From: Phallusia mammillata
Lineage: Eukaryota
Direction of reading: 5' to 3'
Assembly: GCA_965637545.1 (NCBI GenBank)
Contig: OZ281494.1
Span: forward strand, 19,158,001 to 19,222,000
DNA length: 64,000 bases
In this document: positions 1-13,311 of the stretch, piece after piece
Layout of the letters: every line of letters begins with the position of its first letter
How positions within the stretch are numbered: the stretch's first letter is position 1
Notes under the pieces: generated by a model
The model's input: only the letters and a program-made list of their open reading frames with translations
Told to the model about the DNA's origin: nothing
The model's database searches: none
Translations under genes and position numbers: made by a program

Positions 1-3000
1 TTACAGCGGCAATCTCAAAGGCCATCGAACCTGTGTTGTCAATAACGAATGCAACGTAGGTATCCCCTGCAAAAATAATAAACGGATTATTTATATGCGG
101 CACCCAAAGTAACTTCAAAATACTAACAAGTTAAAAACGTTAAAAAAAATCAATTAAAAACAGTGAAAAGCCTTGTTTAGTTGTGATTTGATTTCGATAA
201 GTGTGACTCAAGGCGAAAGTATATTGATTCTGCACTAAAAAAACCTTGATTCTACGCACATGGCTTGATTCAATAAGCTTTTAATGAACCAAATAAATCT
301 ATCAGACCCGCTGGACGGCACTCTGGAACTGGTTGTGTCCAGGTTCTATCGGGTTGACAAGTCAAAATGGACATTCCAACCAACTCAAATCCCGTAACAC
401 AAGAATACGTCACTGTGTCTGTAACCAGATACGGAACAGCAACTGGTTGATATAAACCGTTGTCTATTTCAGCAGGATTTCCACATTCTACAAAACCAAG
501 AAAGTGCTTTTGGCAAAATTCAGAAAATCGTATGAAAGTTATCTAATAGCCCTAACCGTGCGCATTTTACACAAGTTGGACTTTAAATATTCGCGAATGC
601 TTATTGCGCCACCCGCAATACATTAGATTGTTGGTTTGTTTACAAACCAATTATGCAAATTCTATGCTATGTGATAGTGAACGAACTATCTATTGCACAA
701 TGCTACGGTTGACGCAATGCTACGACACATTTTAATCAATGACAAAGCAATTCTTATGATAAACAGTTCCTAAAAAACAAATATGTAAATGTACTTACCA
801 ATTGGCACACACACAGGCGGGTCCATAGGACTCCACACTCCATTTAAACAAGTTATTACGGAAAGTCCTTCTATTTCATAATGGCTATCGCACAAATACG
901 TCACAACTATTCCAACAACATATGGACCGTCTTTTGGCGAGAAGTCCCCGTTTTCAATGCTCTCCGGTTCCGAACATACTGAATAAAAATTTTTGGTTCA
1001 ACCCTCCACAACCAGACATGACAGATTCTAAATTTAGGGTTTGCAAGGGCGGATAAATCTTTGGCACAATGTTTTGTTTTTTAAAGTTGAATCAGTTGAT
1101 GCGATGCTGAAAACACCTTATTATTCCAGAAGAAGTGACAACAGGTTGCGACTTACCAACAGGTTCACATATTTGATCGTTTGCTGGGTCCCACGTTAAA
1201 TCATCTTGACACGTGATCATCATGGATCCACGAAGTACAAAACCCGCATCACAGATGTAAGTAAACGTATCATTCGGCAAAAAGAGGCCGTTTGGGACAG
1301 GTATAATGTTTCCGTTGGCAATAATACGCGGATGTGGGCAAACTATAACAGCACACACGAAATTAGTCTTATAAGTAGGCTATCTCACCAATCTTTTTTA
1401 TAGACGTTAAAAGTTTCACACAAGCATAAAACTATTTTGACCAAAAACTCACCTCCATTTTCGGGGCAGCAAAATCTTACTTTATAGTCACAACATTCTC
1501 CGTCATTTTCTGCATTATAACAAGCAAAGCCGTCACTAAGATCCACGTGTTGTTCTGCTGTCATATAAGAATCGCCATTCAACAAACGCGCGTCTGTTTT
1601 GGTTGGATGACTGCAAACTTCATTGGGAAAAGTTGTGACAAGAAGGGAAAGCAGTTCTAAATCACCTTCGCCTTGTGGGTCGTCAATATCAAAAAAACGT
1701 GTCCAATCGCCTTCAGGACATATGTTGCAATCTGCGAGTATAAAATGCACAATATATTCCAATGTGCTGCTCTCTACAAACACAACCTCATTCATAATCA
1801 CGAACCCCAAAGAACAGAAAAATTATCTGTGTTGTGTTTTTAACAAAGTGATGTTGTTTAGCAGCTCCAAAAGCTTCTCCGACTTTTGAGACAAAAATAT
1901 TACGAAAAAATACATAGGATTAAAATCAACAAATCACATTGTTTCCAACGTATACCTGACGGGCAACAGAAACGGACAGAATAATCTTCGCACAATTGAC
2001 CGATGTTTTCACAGTAGAAACCAATGTTTCGATTAACGACCACGTTTTGTCCTGCAGAAAGGTGACTTTCTCCCGTCAAACGGACCCGGGCATCCACCGC
2101 AATGACGTCATCACATATTTCGTCCGGATAATGAAAGCGAAGTGCGTCGAGAGTTTCAAAGTCACCTTTGATAGTTGGATCGTCAACATCATAGAAAGCA
2201 GTCCATTTTCCATTGGGACACTCTGGAGGTGGAAAAACGTCTGCAAACGACAAAATTATCTTAACTGAAAACAATATGAAAAGAAAAAACTATTTAAATA
2301 ACAGCAAAGACAATATTGTTGTCCTTAATATCGTCTATATTTTCATATTTTAAACCCGATTGAGTTGCTACATTGTGTAGTTAAAACAGGCTATTTTTTC
2401 AGACATTTATAACTTAAAAGTAAGAAATTTGGCTACTTTATTATTGTGAACTTGGTCTATTCATACCTTTAGGGCAGCAGAATCGAATTTCGTAGTCCTC
2501 GCAATTCTGTTCGATGTTGAAGCATCTCAAGCCGTATTCGGGGCTGATTTCTACTTTTTGCATTCGGGTCAAATAAGATTCGTGTGTCGTTACAACCCTT
2601 GCGTCAACAGCTGTAGGGTTATCGCATATCATTTCTGGGTATTCATCCCGCAAAGCGTTAATATTTTCTACATCTCCTTTTCCACTTGGATCGTCTATGT
2701 CTAAGAACGGCGTCCAACCACGTTTTTCACATACTGGCTCTGCAGACCAATATAGTTTCGTTAAATATATTGGGACAGCGGTTTTTACTTGAGAGAGCGA
2801 ACACATGTGGCATAGTGTAGGCAGTTTCTATCGACATAGCAATGCTTTTTTACCATACCACCACTTTTCACGATTTCTTATTAATATAGGCCAGTGGTTA
2901 CCAAACTTTTTCAGATGTTTTTCAAAACGGTCTCTTTGCCAATATTTCGAGGGCTCGCGGTCCTTAAGCCTAAATGTGTATTTCATAAAAACGAAAGTTG

Positions 3001-5421
3001 ATTGCAGGATTTTAGCCAGTTATGCAAAATTGCGCATAACAATCATTCAAAAACAGCATGTGACATCACAAACAGGACAAAAACATTACGATTGTGCGCG
3101 AACAATTGCATTTTTGATAGTTGTCATTCAATAAAGGCCATTGTTTAGCAATGGAGACAGTCGATTCTCAATTCTACTTAGATTTTAAACTTATTTAGTG
3201 GCACAAACTGACGCCAAATAAGATTATAGAATTACTTCAACCGCTTCGCGGTCCCCCCAAAATTGCCTCACGGACCCCTAAGGGACCGCGGACCCCAGTT
3301 TGGGAATCGCTGATATAGGCTCTACTGGCTTTTGGGCTATACCTGTTCGTATTTCTGTTGTATCCTTATTGCATAGGACAGGCAGAAATTGTTTCGAAAG
3401 AACTGACGAAAATTTGAAAACTGACGAAATATCACCCACACATCGTAGTAAAACTGATCAAAGGTAATTTATTGTTCTTTACTTCTGAGACTTACATGTC
3501 AGGGATAACTGTAACTTCATCGTAAAATAATAGCCTATTGTTACTTTTTAAGCATGTACTTACCGGGTGGTTGTGGGCAACAAAATCGCACTTTGTAGTC
3601 GAGACAGTTGTTATCGTTTTCTCGATTGTTACAACGAAACCCTTCTCGTGTGTTTGCTGTTACGATTTGCCCTCCAGTGGTGTAAAAAAGCCCTGTGTCG
3701 GCCACACGAGCATCGATTGCCAGTGGTTCTTTGCAGATTTTATCAGGGTACTTCAACCGCAGTAGAGGCAAGGTTTCACAATCGCATTTTCCAAACGGAG
3801 TGTCATGGTTGTAGAATGGAGTCCACATACCATCAGGGCAATATACTGCAACGGAGGAATTGTTGATCAATATTACATAGCCCACGAACAATTTCACCGG
3901 AATAATATCAAAGTTAGGCATATTGTTAAAAACAAAGCGTTTTTGTCATCGGTTCTTAAATATGTCTAGGACCGAAGGTGTCAAATTAAAAATGCTCGCA
4001 GTATGTGCTTGCTTAGTAGGAGAGCATTCATGTGCTATTCAGTGTGGTTAAATATTGGCATTATCCAATCGAACCAGCGTCTTTTAACATGAACCTCTGT
4101 TTAAAATGATAACAGAATCGTACAGTCGGCGTGTGAAGTACATGCAATTGAACTACGAAACATGTATAAAAAAGTAAACTGCTGGTTACACGTAAATATA
4201 GGCATCGCCATAGTGTTATAGTGGCCGCGTCTTACACATGTCTAAACGCAGTGGCGGTTAGATGGATGTTGACTCGGGCTGCAACCGGGGCTGTATATTG
4301 TATGTACTGCTATGACTACTACGTAGGCCTACTACTGTGCGGAACGTGCTAATTATTAAGTTTACGCTCCTCTTGATTACTTTGCTTATTTGCAGTTCTT
4401 TGGTCATAAGTCAATGTTGCAACCAAACAATGGCTAATTTTAGCTTTTCCAATATTCTGTTGCAACCAAGCTGGATGACAATGTAGTCAAGTAACACGTT
4501 ACAAAAAAGTTAAATAAAGTCACCGGATACTTAGGCTAAAATTTTCCAAAGTAAGTCCCACGAAGCATTGTACATTTTTTAATGTGTTTCATTTCGTAAA
4601 TTTATAGAAATGTAAGCACGTTTGATTTACCAGTTACTTTAAAATAAACACACTTATACGTAGGTTTGCGGAAACAAAAACTATAAGCTTTACATCAAGT
4701 AAGCTATTTGGGGATACCTCGATTAAAGGCGAAAAATTGTACAACTTTAAAATGCGCATGGCCTGCTCATAACCACCCTACACTTGAACGTACGATAGCC
4801 TAATAAATTGCACTTACCTTCAGGACAGCAAAACCGAACTTCATAATCAAGGCATTCACCGCTGCCTTGTTGGTCGTTAACACATAAGAAACCTTCTTCG
4901 ATATTAGCTTTCACAGTTTGTGCAAAAAGCTCAAAAGGAACCAACGAGCCAACTACTTTGACATCAATCTGTACAGGTTTTTCACACAAGTCTTCTGAAT
5001 GTAGACGTCTAATCTTTGCAATTGTTTCGAAATCTCCTTTTTTTGTTGGTTTGTCGACATTAAAAAATCGTGTCCAAATCCCATGGTTGCAACGTTCTGC
5101 AAAAAAATAAATAACTTACTTTTTGAAATCGTGTTTGGGGGTAGCGCTTCTATGGTTGTACTCAACCTGCGGCCGCGAACATAAAGTTATTACGGCCGTA
5201 CATATGAGAGATGGAGGATCAGGTATTGACTAGTTTTTTTTTAATTCTGACACATGGTTAAAAGGCAGATTGTGCCTTCCTGTCTAGGGGAAGTAAATCA
5301 GACAGGTTGTTTGTGTTCATAAAAGTGAGATTATACAGTTTTTGGAAATTTTAAAAAGGTACCCACCTGCGACGGAGGACCCGATCAGCAGTAGCAAAAC
5401 GTAATTGACACAAAACATCAT
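1..5421 (-). CDS. Secreted multidomain protein, 5' part: signal peptide + 5 WxxW (Mucin2_WxxW/CILP-type) + 3 Sushi/CCP + start of a vWA domain (hemicentin/VWA7-type); continues beyond the window start
   Basis: Exons on minus, all phase-1 junctions with GT/AG: 5421-5367 (MMFCVNYVLLLLIGSSVA, signal peptide); 5096-4818, 3845-3564, 2739-2467, 2240-1956 and 1731-1453 (each C..WT.F.(D/N).D.P...GD.E...C....D.R...C.N....C.DY.VRFCCP); 1342-1157, 978-799 and 487-308 (Sushi, C..P....NG....TY.C..G..L.G....TC....W.....C); 66-1 (GDTYVAFVIDNTGSMAFEIAAV, vWA beta-A with a DxTxS MIDAS-like motif). Confidence 0.9.
2892..3312. mobile_element. hAT-type MITE in an intron
   Basis: TIRs CAGTGGTTACCAAACT / AGTTTGGGAATCGCTG; perfect 8-bp TSD ATATAGGC at 2884-2891 and 3313-3320. 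Confidence 0.85.
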
Positions 5422-6137
5422 TTTAGATTTTCTCAAACTCCTACGACCTATCTCGAACTAATCACCTGCAAGCAATAAGCTACTTCCAATTTGCACTGTG
5501 TCGAGGAACCGAGGATCATGTATCTGTGAATGGTCTTTTCGGGTACATTGTTTTCAGAATAGGTGGAAGAACAACAAGGAGATGATTTGGACATATTATT
5601 TCCTGTGATTTAGCTTCCCGTGTAGTAAACACTCCTGATACAATGCATATTGTCGACCTAATAAGCACAAAACATGTTTACCACCAGTAAAATACTTATC
5701 TGGACAATTAATAATTGCATGGTAAATTAACGTGACTTCTTGCAATCAAAAACAAAGCGACGTTTCTTTTAATACTTGGTACTTAAATTTATTTAATAAA
5801 CCACTAGCCTATATAGCCTACTGGGCCTTCACACCAAGTTGCGTTAAAAATTGGCAGTTTTGCGGAAATCCACATTATAAATGAGTTGGATAAAACACGG
5901 TGGGAAATTGTCCTGAATAGTTTTGTATGTGCAACGTTTCAAATTATTTTGAAATCGCTTGGTGTGCTCTGTTGATGGTCGAACGTTGAATAGATCTTAT
6001 TTGCTGTGTTATGGACTTTTGAAAGGGGTCTTTTGGGGTTTAAAAAACAGTATTTATAATACCTGTAAAGCAGGCCGGGGATCACATTGACAGCCTTGTG
6101 AGAACGACCGGTAATTTGGCACTAGCCTACCCTACTA

Positions 6138-6988
6138 CAGAGGTGTCAAACTCGCGGACCGCGAGCCGCATGCGGCCCCCAAAAAGATTTTTTATGAGGC
6201 CTACGAAGTAACTTTTAGAAGTTATATGTTTTACTCAGGCGGAATGCCATGTCAAACCAGTGAGTTTACAGGATACAATCATGTTCTACAAGTGGTATAT
6301 GCCAGGGCTTCTCAAACTTACTTGCTCTGCGGCCCCAATTTAGAAAAGAAATTTCTACGTGACCCCTTGATAGGTAAAACCCAGCGGTCACCAAACTTTT
6401 TTCACTTCGGACCAGATAAGTTTAATAATGATTCGCGCGAGCCGCATGGTTTACATGCCCTTGCGTGATTGAGTCGCCTTTCCAAACTTAGCCAAACCGC
6501 GATAGGCGATTTTTTTTATCTCAAGTGGCATTTTTGTGAAAAAAACAAGTTATCCAGGGCGAAGGCATAACAACTTAATGATGACGAAACCGACCGAGAA
6601 AACGATTTTGTTCGTATATATACCATTTATTGGAACAATAACATAATAACGCAAGATGTTTCGCGACCCACAGTTTGAGAAGCCCTGGCATATGCAACGT
6701 TTTAAATATAATGATCGAAATAGCCCATCTTTATAAACAACATTTGCGAATGTTGCGTCATTGTATGGAATGCATGCCATTGCTTTCACACAAAGCAATT
6801 AAGTACAGTTGGTTCTTTTACTCTGCGACATATATCTGTTTGTTATTCATTACATTATGGTTTTGTAATGTAGTTGATGGCATTAATGAACAGCTCACTT
6901 TAAAGTTTGTTTTTGGCCCTCAAGGTTGTTTGAGTTTGACCATAGAATACTAAAACTCTTTTTTGTATTCTATGGTTTGTCATCCCTG
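6138..6988. mobile_element. Non-autonomous hAT (Charlie-like) element
   Basis: Ends CAGAGGTGTCAAAC / GTTTGTCATCCCTG; perfect 8-bp TSD CCCTACTA at 6130-6137 and 6989-6996; GCGGCCC-type subterminal motifs; an internal second CAGGGCTTCTCAAACT end near 6303. Confidence 0.8.
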
Positions 6989-7141
6989 CCCTACTACACG
7001 AAACTGAATTTTTACGAACACATATTTGAAGCCTAAAACGTGTCTTTCTGCTTAATCAGCTACCAGCACACAATGTTTCAAACTACGCAATAACTAAAAT
7101 AGCGTCATGTATTATGATGTTTAAAACATTACCGTTTTTCC

Positions 7142-7268
7142 CAGTGGTGGGATTCAAATTTTTCGTCAGCCGGACAGCAACTAGTAATGCTAACCGGTTC
7201 GCTGATCTCATAAAACTTCATGAAACGGTTCTGTAGAACCGGTGCGAACCGGCTGAATCCCATCACTG
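7142..7268. mobile_element. Small hAT-type MITE
   Basis: TIR CAGTGGTGGGATTC / GAATCCCATCACTG, internal AACCGG motifs; TSD degraded (GTTTTTCC vs GTTTTACT). Confidence 0.7.
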
Positions 7269-7477
7269 GTTTTACTCACTCCAGACAAAAAGTCAGTAAT
7301 TCATTGGCAGGCTGGTATAACCTTAAAACCCCAAAACTAAGATGATATATGATGGGTTGATTCGTTAAAACTACCAAATATTGGCTGCGGTACGAACTCA
7401 ATTTAACCGATTCGGTGGATCACTATACTGCAAACCCACCGTTGGAACACCAGTTATGTTTAATGTGGAGTCTAGAC

Positions 7478-8245
7478 CAGGGGTGTCAAACTCGTGGTGT
7501 TCGGGGGCCACATTGCAGTTTGGAAATGATGCCGAGGGCCGCATGTGATTTTTAATCTAGTTTTATACACTTTAACAACCTTTTCGCTACGACGGCCGCA
7601 TTGCAGATCCTTATTTCACCAACAGCCGCCAATTACCTGCTGGTTTTTGTTTTAAAATTACAATTGTAAAGAAATAGGTTTATATTATATAAATATATCA
7701 TCTATTGACGCCCAAAAAGTCCAGATTAATTTCCAACTTAATGCACAGACTGAGCTGCACAGTGTGAAGATCAGTTTTAACTGTTTGTCACGTCAGAATC
7801 TATATTGTGACGCTTTGAGACTTTTTCGCATTGTTTGCACACAGTAGGCGTACCAAAAGTCTGACACATGTGCTGCTAGGCTGGTAATACTCATTACTCA
7901 GTAACAAATTTGTTAAGAGCAGTTTTAAAATCACAATTTTTGGCAAAGGAGTTTCAATTACATCACGGCCGCCACTACATATATTTTAATGAACTTGTTT
8001 ACGACCGCACAAACTCGTCCCTGTGGCCACATGTGGCCGTACGGCCGCATGTTGTACATCCTTGACTGAAACTTAAGGCTTCGAGGAACGGTTTAATTAC
8101 TATCGCTTCTATTCATAACATATGAATTTTTATTTTAAACTAAATTTCTGTAAATGTCTGTTTAAATAATAGCTTTCACTTTGAAATGTAAGAAACATTT
8201 ATTATGATTAGATAGGGTGTTCGGGTCGCGAGTTTGACACCCTTG
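7478..8245. mobile_element. Non-autonomous hAT (Charlie-like) element
   Basis: TIR CAGGGGTGTCAAACTCG / CGAGTTTGACACCCTTG; imperfect TSD GTCTAGAC vs GTCTATTC; repeated GGCCGCA subterminal motifs. Confidence 0.75.
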
Positions 8246-8972
8246 GTCTATTCTCCAGATGGACCCTCACATGCTATACTTTAAGTATTAGAAGCAAAGC
8301 AACGATCTGCTTTACCCGGTGAAATAAACCCTACTCATTTTCAAAGAAAAGCAGCATAAGAAAGTACATGTTTAACTGCCCGTTTTAATCTTGCATGTAT
8401 TTATGGCCCTTTTAAACTGTTATGGGACTTGGTCCAGTGCACTCCTCTTGCTTGGGCCTGCTACAAACTCTAAACATATATGAACCCAGGGGTAAAGCTT
8501 GCAGAAAGGCATTTGTTTTTTAATGGCAGAATACAGAAACACAAAGTAATGCAGGAAATACATTTGTGGTAATTATGCTTAACTTTGATGGTAGCATGCA
8601 ACATGTGAAAAGGTCACTTTTCTTGAAAGTATCACCGAATTGCATGAATAGAAAAGTTTTGGAAAATTGGTAATGCTCAGGGCTCTGTCAAACCTTTTTT
8701 GGATGTAGTGAAGTCATTTACAGCAATTTAGTAAACCACATGAACAAAAAGGTGACTTGATAAAAAAACAAATAGTGCAATATATACATGATATTATATC
8801 ATACATGCATTGTAAAAATCCATCATGATCACTTATAAAAGTAAATGCATTTGCGCATAACTGTTATGCAAGTGTAAATTACATTTTGAAATGTGACTTC
8901 ATACCATACACAGGTTCCATTCTGAAGATACAACCAATCATAAAGATCAACGTTATGGCATTAAGGCATCAT

Positions 8973-9768
8973 TTAACAATCAACTTCTGTTTTTGTTGTT
9001 TCAAAACTGCTGTTTCTGGTATTGTCTGTCTTTTTTATTTCTGAATCTCTTTTGTGATACTTCATGTGAGCCTTGCAATATTTTTCACAAGTGAATTTTT
9101 TTCCACACACTGGGCAACCAAATGGCTTAGTTTGTCTGTGAGTTAAAAGATGTTGGTCCCGATTTTGCTCTCGATTAAATGACTTTTCACATACAGAACA
9201 CCTAAAAGGTTTTTCTCCTGTATGGATTTTCATATGTAGGGTACGGCCTCCAGGTTGAGAAAATGACTTGCCACATAACTTACATGGATATGGTTTTTCA
9301 CCAGTGTGAACAACTCTATGCTGGTAAAGATTAGCAGCATGTGCAAAAACCTTGTCACAGATTTGACATTTGTAAGGTTTTTTATCAGAGTGTAACACTA
9401 AATGTTGATTTAACGTCCACAGTTGATTGAATGTACCCTCACAAATATAGCACCTGTAGGGTTTTAGTTTTTCATGAACAGCATGTTGGTGTCTTCGCAT
9501 ATGTCCAGTTGTTGAAAATTGTTTATTACATGTTGGGCAGTTTGATGGTTTGTATATTCTTTTTCTTGGGGTAACTTTCTTCTTTTTTTCTTTGCCTGCA
9601 ATGGCTTTTGTTGATATGTCACAAGCTGTTCTTGGTTGTTTGCCTTTTTGCATTTTGTTCGGTGAACATTTTAGTGATTTCTTTGATAATGTTGATGTTT
9701 CTTTTAGTTTCTTATCAATAAACAGGGATTGGTTTCTCTGCAATGAACTTCTCAGCTTCATGACTCCC
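8973..9768 (-). CDS. C2H2 zinc-finger protein with 6 tandem fingers and a Lys-rich N-terminal region; 5' exon(s) uncertain
   Basis: Open frame with CPTC..HQHAVH, CYIC..HLVLH, CQIC..HRVVH, CKLC..HMKIH, CSVC..HLLTH, CPVC..HMKYH and TGEKPY/F linkers. Splice acceptor TTTTCCAG at 9769-9770, first in-frame ATG at 9761, stop TAA at 8973-8975. Confidence 0.9.
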
Positions 9769-10033
9769 CTGGAAAAAAATTCAGGGTACAAAATAAACCT
9801 GTTTTACTAGAGCAAATAAAACCCAACACAACTGCATTAAAGAAAAACAATGAATCTTAAACAAATACAGCCAATGCTTTAACAAATTTAGATAAATATA
9901 AGAATTGCCATTTGGCAGTTATCACTAGCTAGCAGTTTTCCAGGGACAAGTTAAACAAAAATCGCCTAAGTAACCGAAGTAGGTTAACACTCACGGTTAA
10001 TTTCTTATTCTTAGTACGGTATTCTATGCTATA

Positions 10034-10316
10034 CCGTATTTACTCGATTGTAAACCTCCCTCGTTTATAAGCCGCATGTTGAGGTGTTTTAAAAATAAAT
10101 GTAAGCCGCATGCTGGAATTTTAGATACTATTGTTTCTAATTCATCTTTCAGTTGTTACATAGTGCGCATATAGTATAATCTGTACATGTATACAAGTTT
10201 TGAACCCCAAATATATTAAAACGTTGGAGTGTAAAAATAATATCGGTATAAAATTAAAATGTAAGCCGCCCTAAGCCTCCCCCGATTATAAGCAAAACGA
10301 ACGGCAGGTAATACGG
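10034..10316. mobile_element. Tc1/pogo (Tc2-like) MITE
   Basis: TA|CCGTATTTAC ... GTAATACGG|TA termini with TA TSD; internal TAAGCCGC repeats. Confidence 0.7.
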
Positions 10317-11014
10317 TACAGTTGTTTGGCGCCTCTACCGGCAATCAACACATGACAAGCAAACCGGGCGGACCAAGTCTATTTGGGTCGGACTGCCTTT
10401 TTTCGCTCCCGTCGAGCGTGACAAGCGCTATCACATTTCAGAACATATCAACATCAGTATGCAAATCCTTTACACTCGGTTCGTAAGTAGCCTACATTAT
10501 CGGTTTTCGTCCGTCATGCGAAAACGCGCGCAAATTTTGGTTCTTCGTATTTCGTTTTGTAGCCTACTTGTAGATTACCAAAACACAGTAATTCATTTGT
10601 TGGAAATCAGGTTGTTACAACTTACAAGTAAAGGTGGCTGTCCACAGACCGCAGCGTACTGCGTCAAGGCATGCGAAAAACGGTCTGTAATGTGACGTGC
10701 GTAAACGATCCATTTTCGTTCCGAAAGTGGCTGCGTCTGGTGCTATAGGCTACACTTGAAACAAACGATGCGATGTTTCGCTTGGGCGTGACCAACTCCA
10801 AATCAGTTGTTTGGCTGTAAAGAGTGGGTGCTTAACATGTTTGTATGTTTTTCCTGAAACACACTTTTAAGCAGACACCTGAAGAAGTGCATACATAATT
10901 TGTATGTGTCAAAGTAACACAAAAGGAATTAATAAACATTGAAAGGATTTTCTGTGTATTTGTACCAACTGTTTCATACCTTTTTTTTCATTTCCTTTGA
11001 AAAAGCCTTCCTAA

Positions 11015-12049
11015 TTATGGGTCCCCTTCCCTGAAGGGGACACATATTGTTTTTGTCCGTACTTTTTTTTCTTGTTTCTTTTTTCTGTCTAACGCTGGTT
11101 TGTTATACGCGTTTGGTCAAGAAAGAGTGGTTCAAATTTATTCAAATTTCAAAATTTGATCCTCCTGAAGTTTGACCCCAAACAACCCAGCGGTTCACCC
11201 ACAGGCCCCCCCAAAAAAAAATTTAAACGGCTGTACTGACTAAAGTACATAATTTGAGAGTTTCATGCTTTGTTGGTTGTTGCAATGTAAGGTATTCTAA
11301 AGAATTTTGTAACTTTTTATTGGATTCAGCCACTTTACCCCTAAACCCCAAAATAATAAGTTTAAGGCCAAAAATACAAGCCCTAATGTGCTGAAATGTT
11401 AAACAATTGTTTGCAGTAGGTTATTCGTTCAGTATTTAAAATTTTGCCTTAATCGGCCAAATAGTTACTTTTACAGCCCATAATATGTGTACACTGTCAG
11501 TCAGATAGACATCTCAACTCTCAAGGAAGTAATTCGCTTGTTTACGATAAAGGCGGGTGAATGCAGCGGGAGTGCTCAGCTTGACGTCCGGACGGACGTT
11601 TTACGAGACAGTCGTGTCGGTAATCAGAAATCAGCTGTTTTTGCGCAGCGTGCTAAGTCGTTTTATTTCGTTATCAAGCACATTTTCAGTTTTGGAAAAT
11701 TGTATTTAAAAACTGACCTTGAACGACAATATTAAGGTCAAAGAATAAATTAAAAGTATTTTTCCCGTTCTTATTTACTTGTAATTATATAACAGTAATG
11801 ATGCAAAAAGAATACGGTTTTTAAAGTTGGGTTATTGCTAAAGTTGGAAGTTTTTCCTTAAGAATCTTAAAATAACCAGGACGTTTGTTTACCGTAAATC
11901 CGCACAAACGCGCGTGCGGGGACCCATTCGTTTTTGCTTGCAAAAACAATCATATGTGTAGATCAAATGATGTGTATAGTAAATTGGTAAATATCGTATA
12001 GAATATATAAAATGGAAGTAGGCTATATCAGAAAGCCACCTTTCTAGTT
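11015..12049 (+). mobile_element. DINE-1/HINE-like (Helentron-associated) non-autonomous element, copy 1 (internally deleted)
   Basis: Homologous to 47912-49350 and 53314-55449. 5' TTATGGGTCCCC plus short foldback GGGGAC; 3' inverted subterminal repeat GGGGACCCAT (11918-11927); hairpin GTTTTTGC-TT-GCAAAAAC; end TTTCTAG in a TT context; no TSD. Confidence 0.75.
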
Positions 12050-12561
12050 CGATATTGGATTGTCTCATGCCTTCTCTTATTTTAAAAATATGAATTTTTG
12101 TAGATTGTTTTTATTATCTTGACAATGTGCGGGTTGTTGCCTGCAGGACTCCAACAAATAAACAAGAAACATAAATGCAAAAGTATGTACAGATTAGTTT
12201 AAAAGTGTAGTTGTTCTGTTTTGGTCATTGCATTTAGGCTACATTATAAACCTATTTTAAAACATTATGATATTTCCTATGCTTATTTTGTATTGGGTCC
12301 CATATTAGCCATTGTCTTTTTTAAGCCTTGGTTGTTTCTGCAGGCAAAAACTCATGGGTCCCCACACATGCAAAGTTGAAAATAATGCTTTTCAAGAGAT
12401 AACCATGTTTTTGCAGTTGTCACCGTGTTGGACGGACGTGTTTTTTGGAGCTGCTGTTGTTGCTTTAAATTTCTGTTTTAACTGGCTACTTCGATGAGTT
12501 TATAGCTGTTATAACAAGTCAGATCTCCTGTAGCGGTCATATCAATATATCTTTCTCAAAA

Positions 12562-13294
12562 ATGGAAAATATTACTATCAGGGGCAGCCATAGAATGTCT
12601 AATACTAAAGCAAGTGAAGTAGGTGAGCCAACATTACGAGACGTTTTCAACCTCATGCAGTCAATGGACAAGCGCTTGACCTCAATTGAAAACGACCTGA
12701 GGGAACGCGTCGGTGAGGCAGAAACAAGCCTCGAGGTTGCACACCATCGAATTGACGAGCTCGAGGGCAAAGTAGCTTCGCTTGAAACACCTGAAGGAAA
12801 CTAAGACTGAATTGAATCAAAAGCGCGTTATGGACGAAATGCGTTCAAAAGAATTTAACCTGCTGTTTCATGGCATACCCCAACTGCTATCTCTCGAGTC
12901 ACCTGATCAAACTGAACATGTCTTAAGAACGTTCATAACGGAAAAACTGCAGTATTCTTCCTCTGAACTTGATAAAATACAGTTTAGCAATATTCACCGC
13001 CTGTCGCGGCGTACGTCAGCAATCAGTGGAAACAAAGATTTGTCTAAACCAGCCCCAATAGTTATCAAGTTTGTCAAGATGTCGGACAAAAGAAAATTGT
13101 TTTCTCTTTCTGGTCGCGCTCGGTCCTTCGATGCAAACATAACAAGGCATCTACCTGCTTCTATGCAGGCTCAAAGAAAGGAATTAATTCGACATGCAAA
13201 CAAATTCTACAATCAGGGAAAAACTATCAAATGGAAAATTATTGAAGCAGATTACTGTCTGTTCGTTAATGGTGAGAAGTTTACCGATTTTTAG
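12562..13294 (+). pseudogene. LINE ORF1 (coiled coil + RRM-type), frameshifted near 12795
   Basis: Two overlapping ORFs, 12562-12804 (coiled coil) and 12782-13294 (SKEFNLLFHGIP...IHRL...PIVIKF, typical of L1/L2-type ORF1). Confidence 0.8.
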
Positions 13295-13311
13295 TCTTTT
13301 ATGTTGTTTAA

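Noticed and set aside
5466-5657. Apparent extra exon upstream of the WxxW gene
   Set aside because: Stops in all three frames from the acceptor; a good signal-peptide start exists at 5421, so at most it is 5'UTR.
10625-10713. Possible first coding exon of the ZNF gene (MDRLRTSHYRPFF..., minus strand)
   Set aside because: Its phase-1 donor does not match the phase-2 acceptor at 9768; it may be a 5'UTR exon or uORF, so it was not called.
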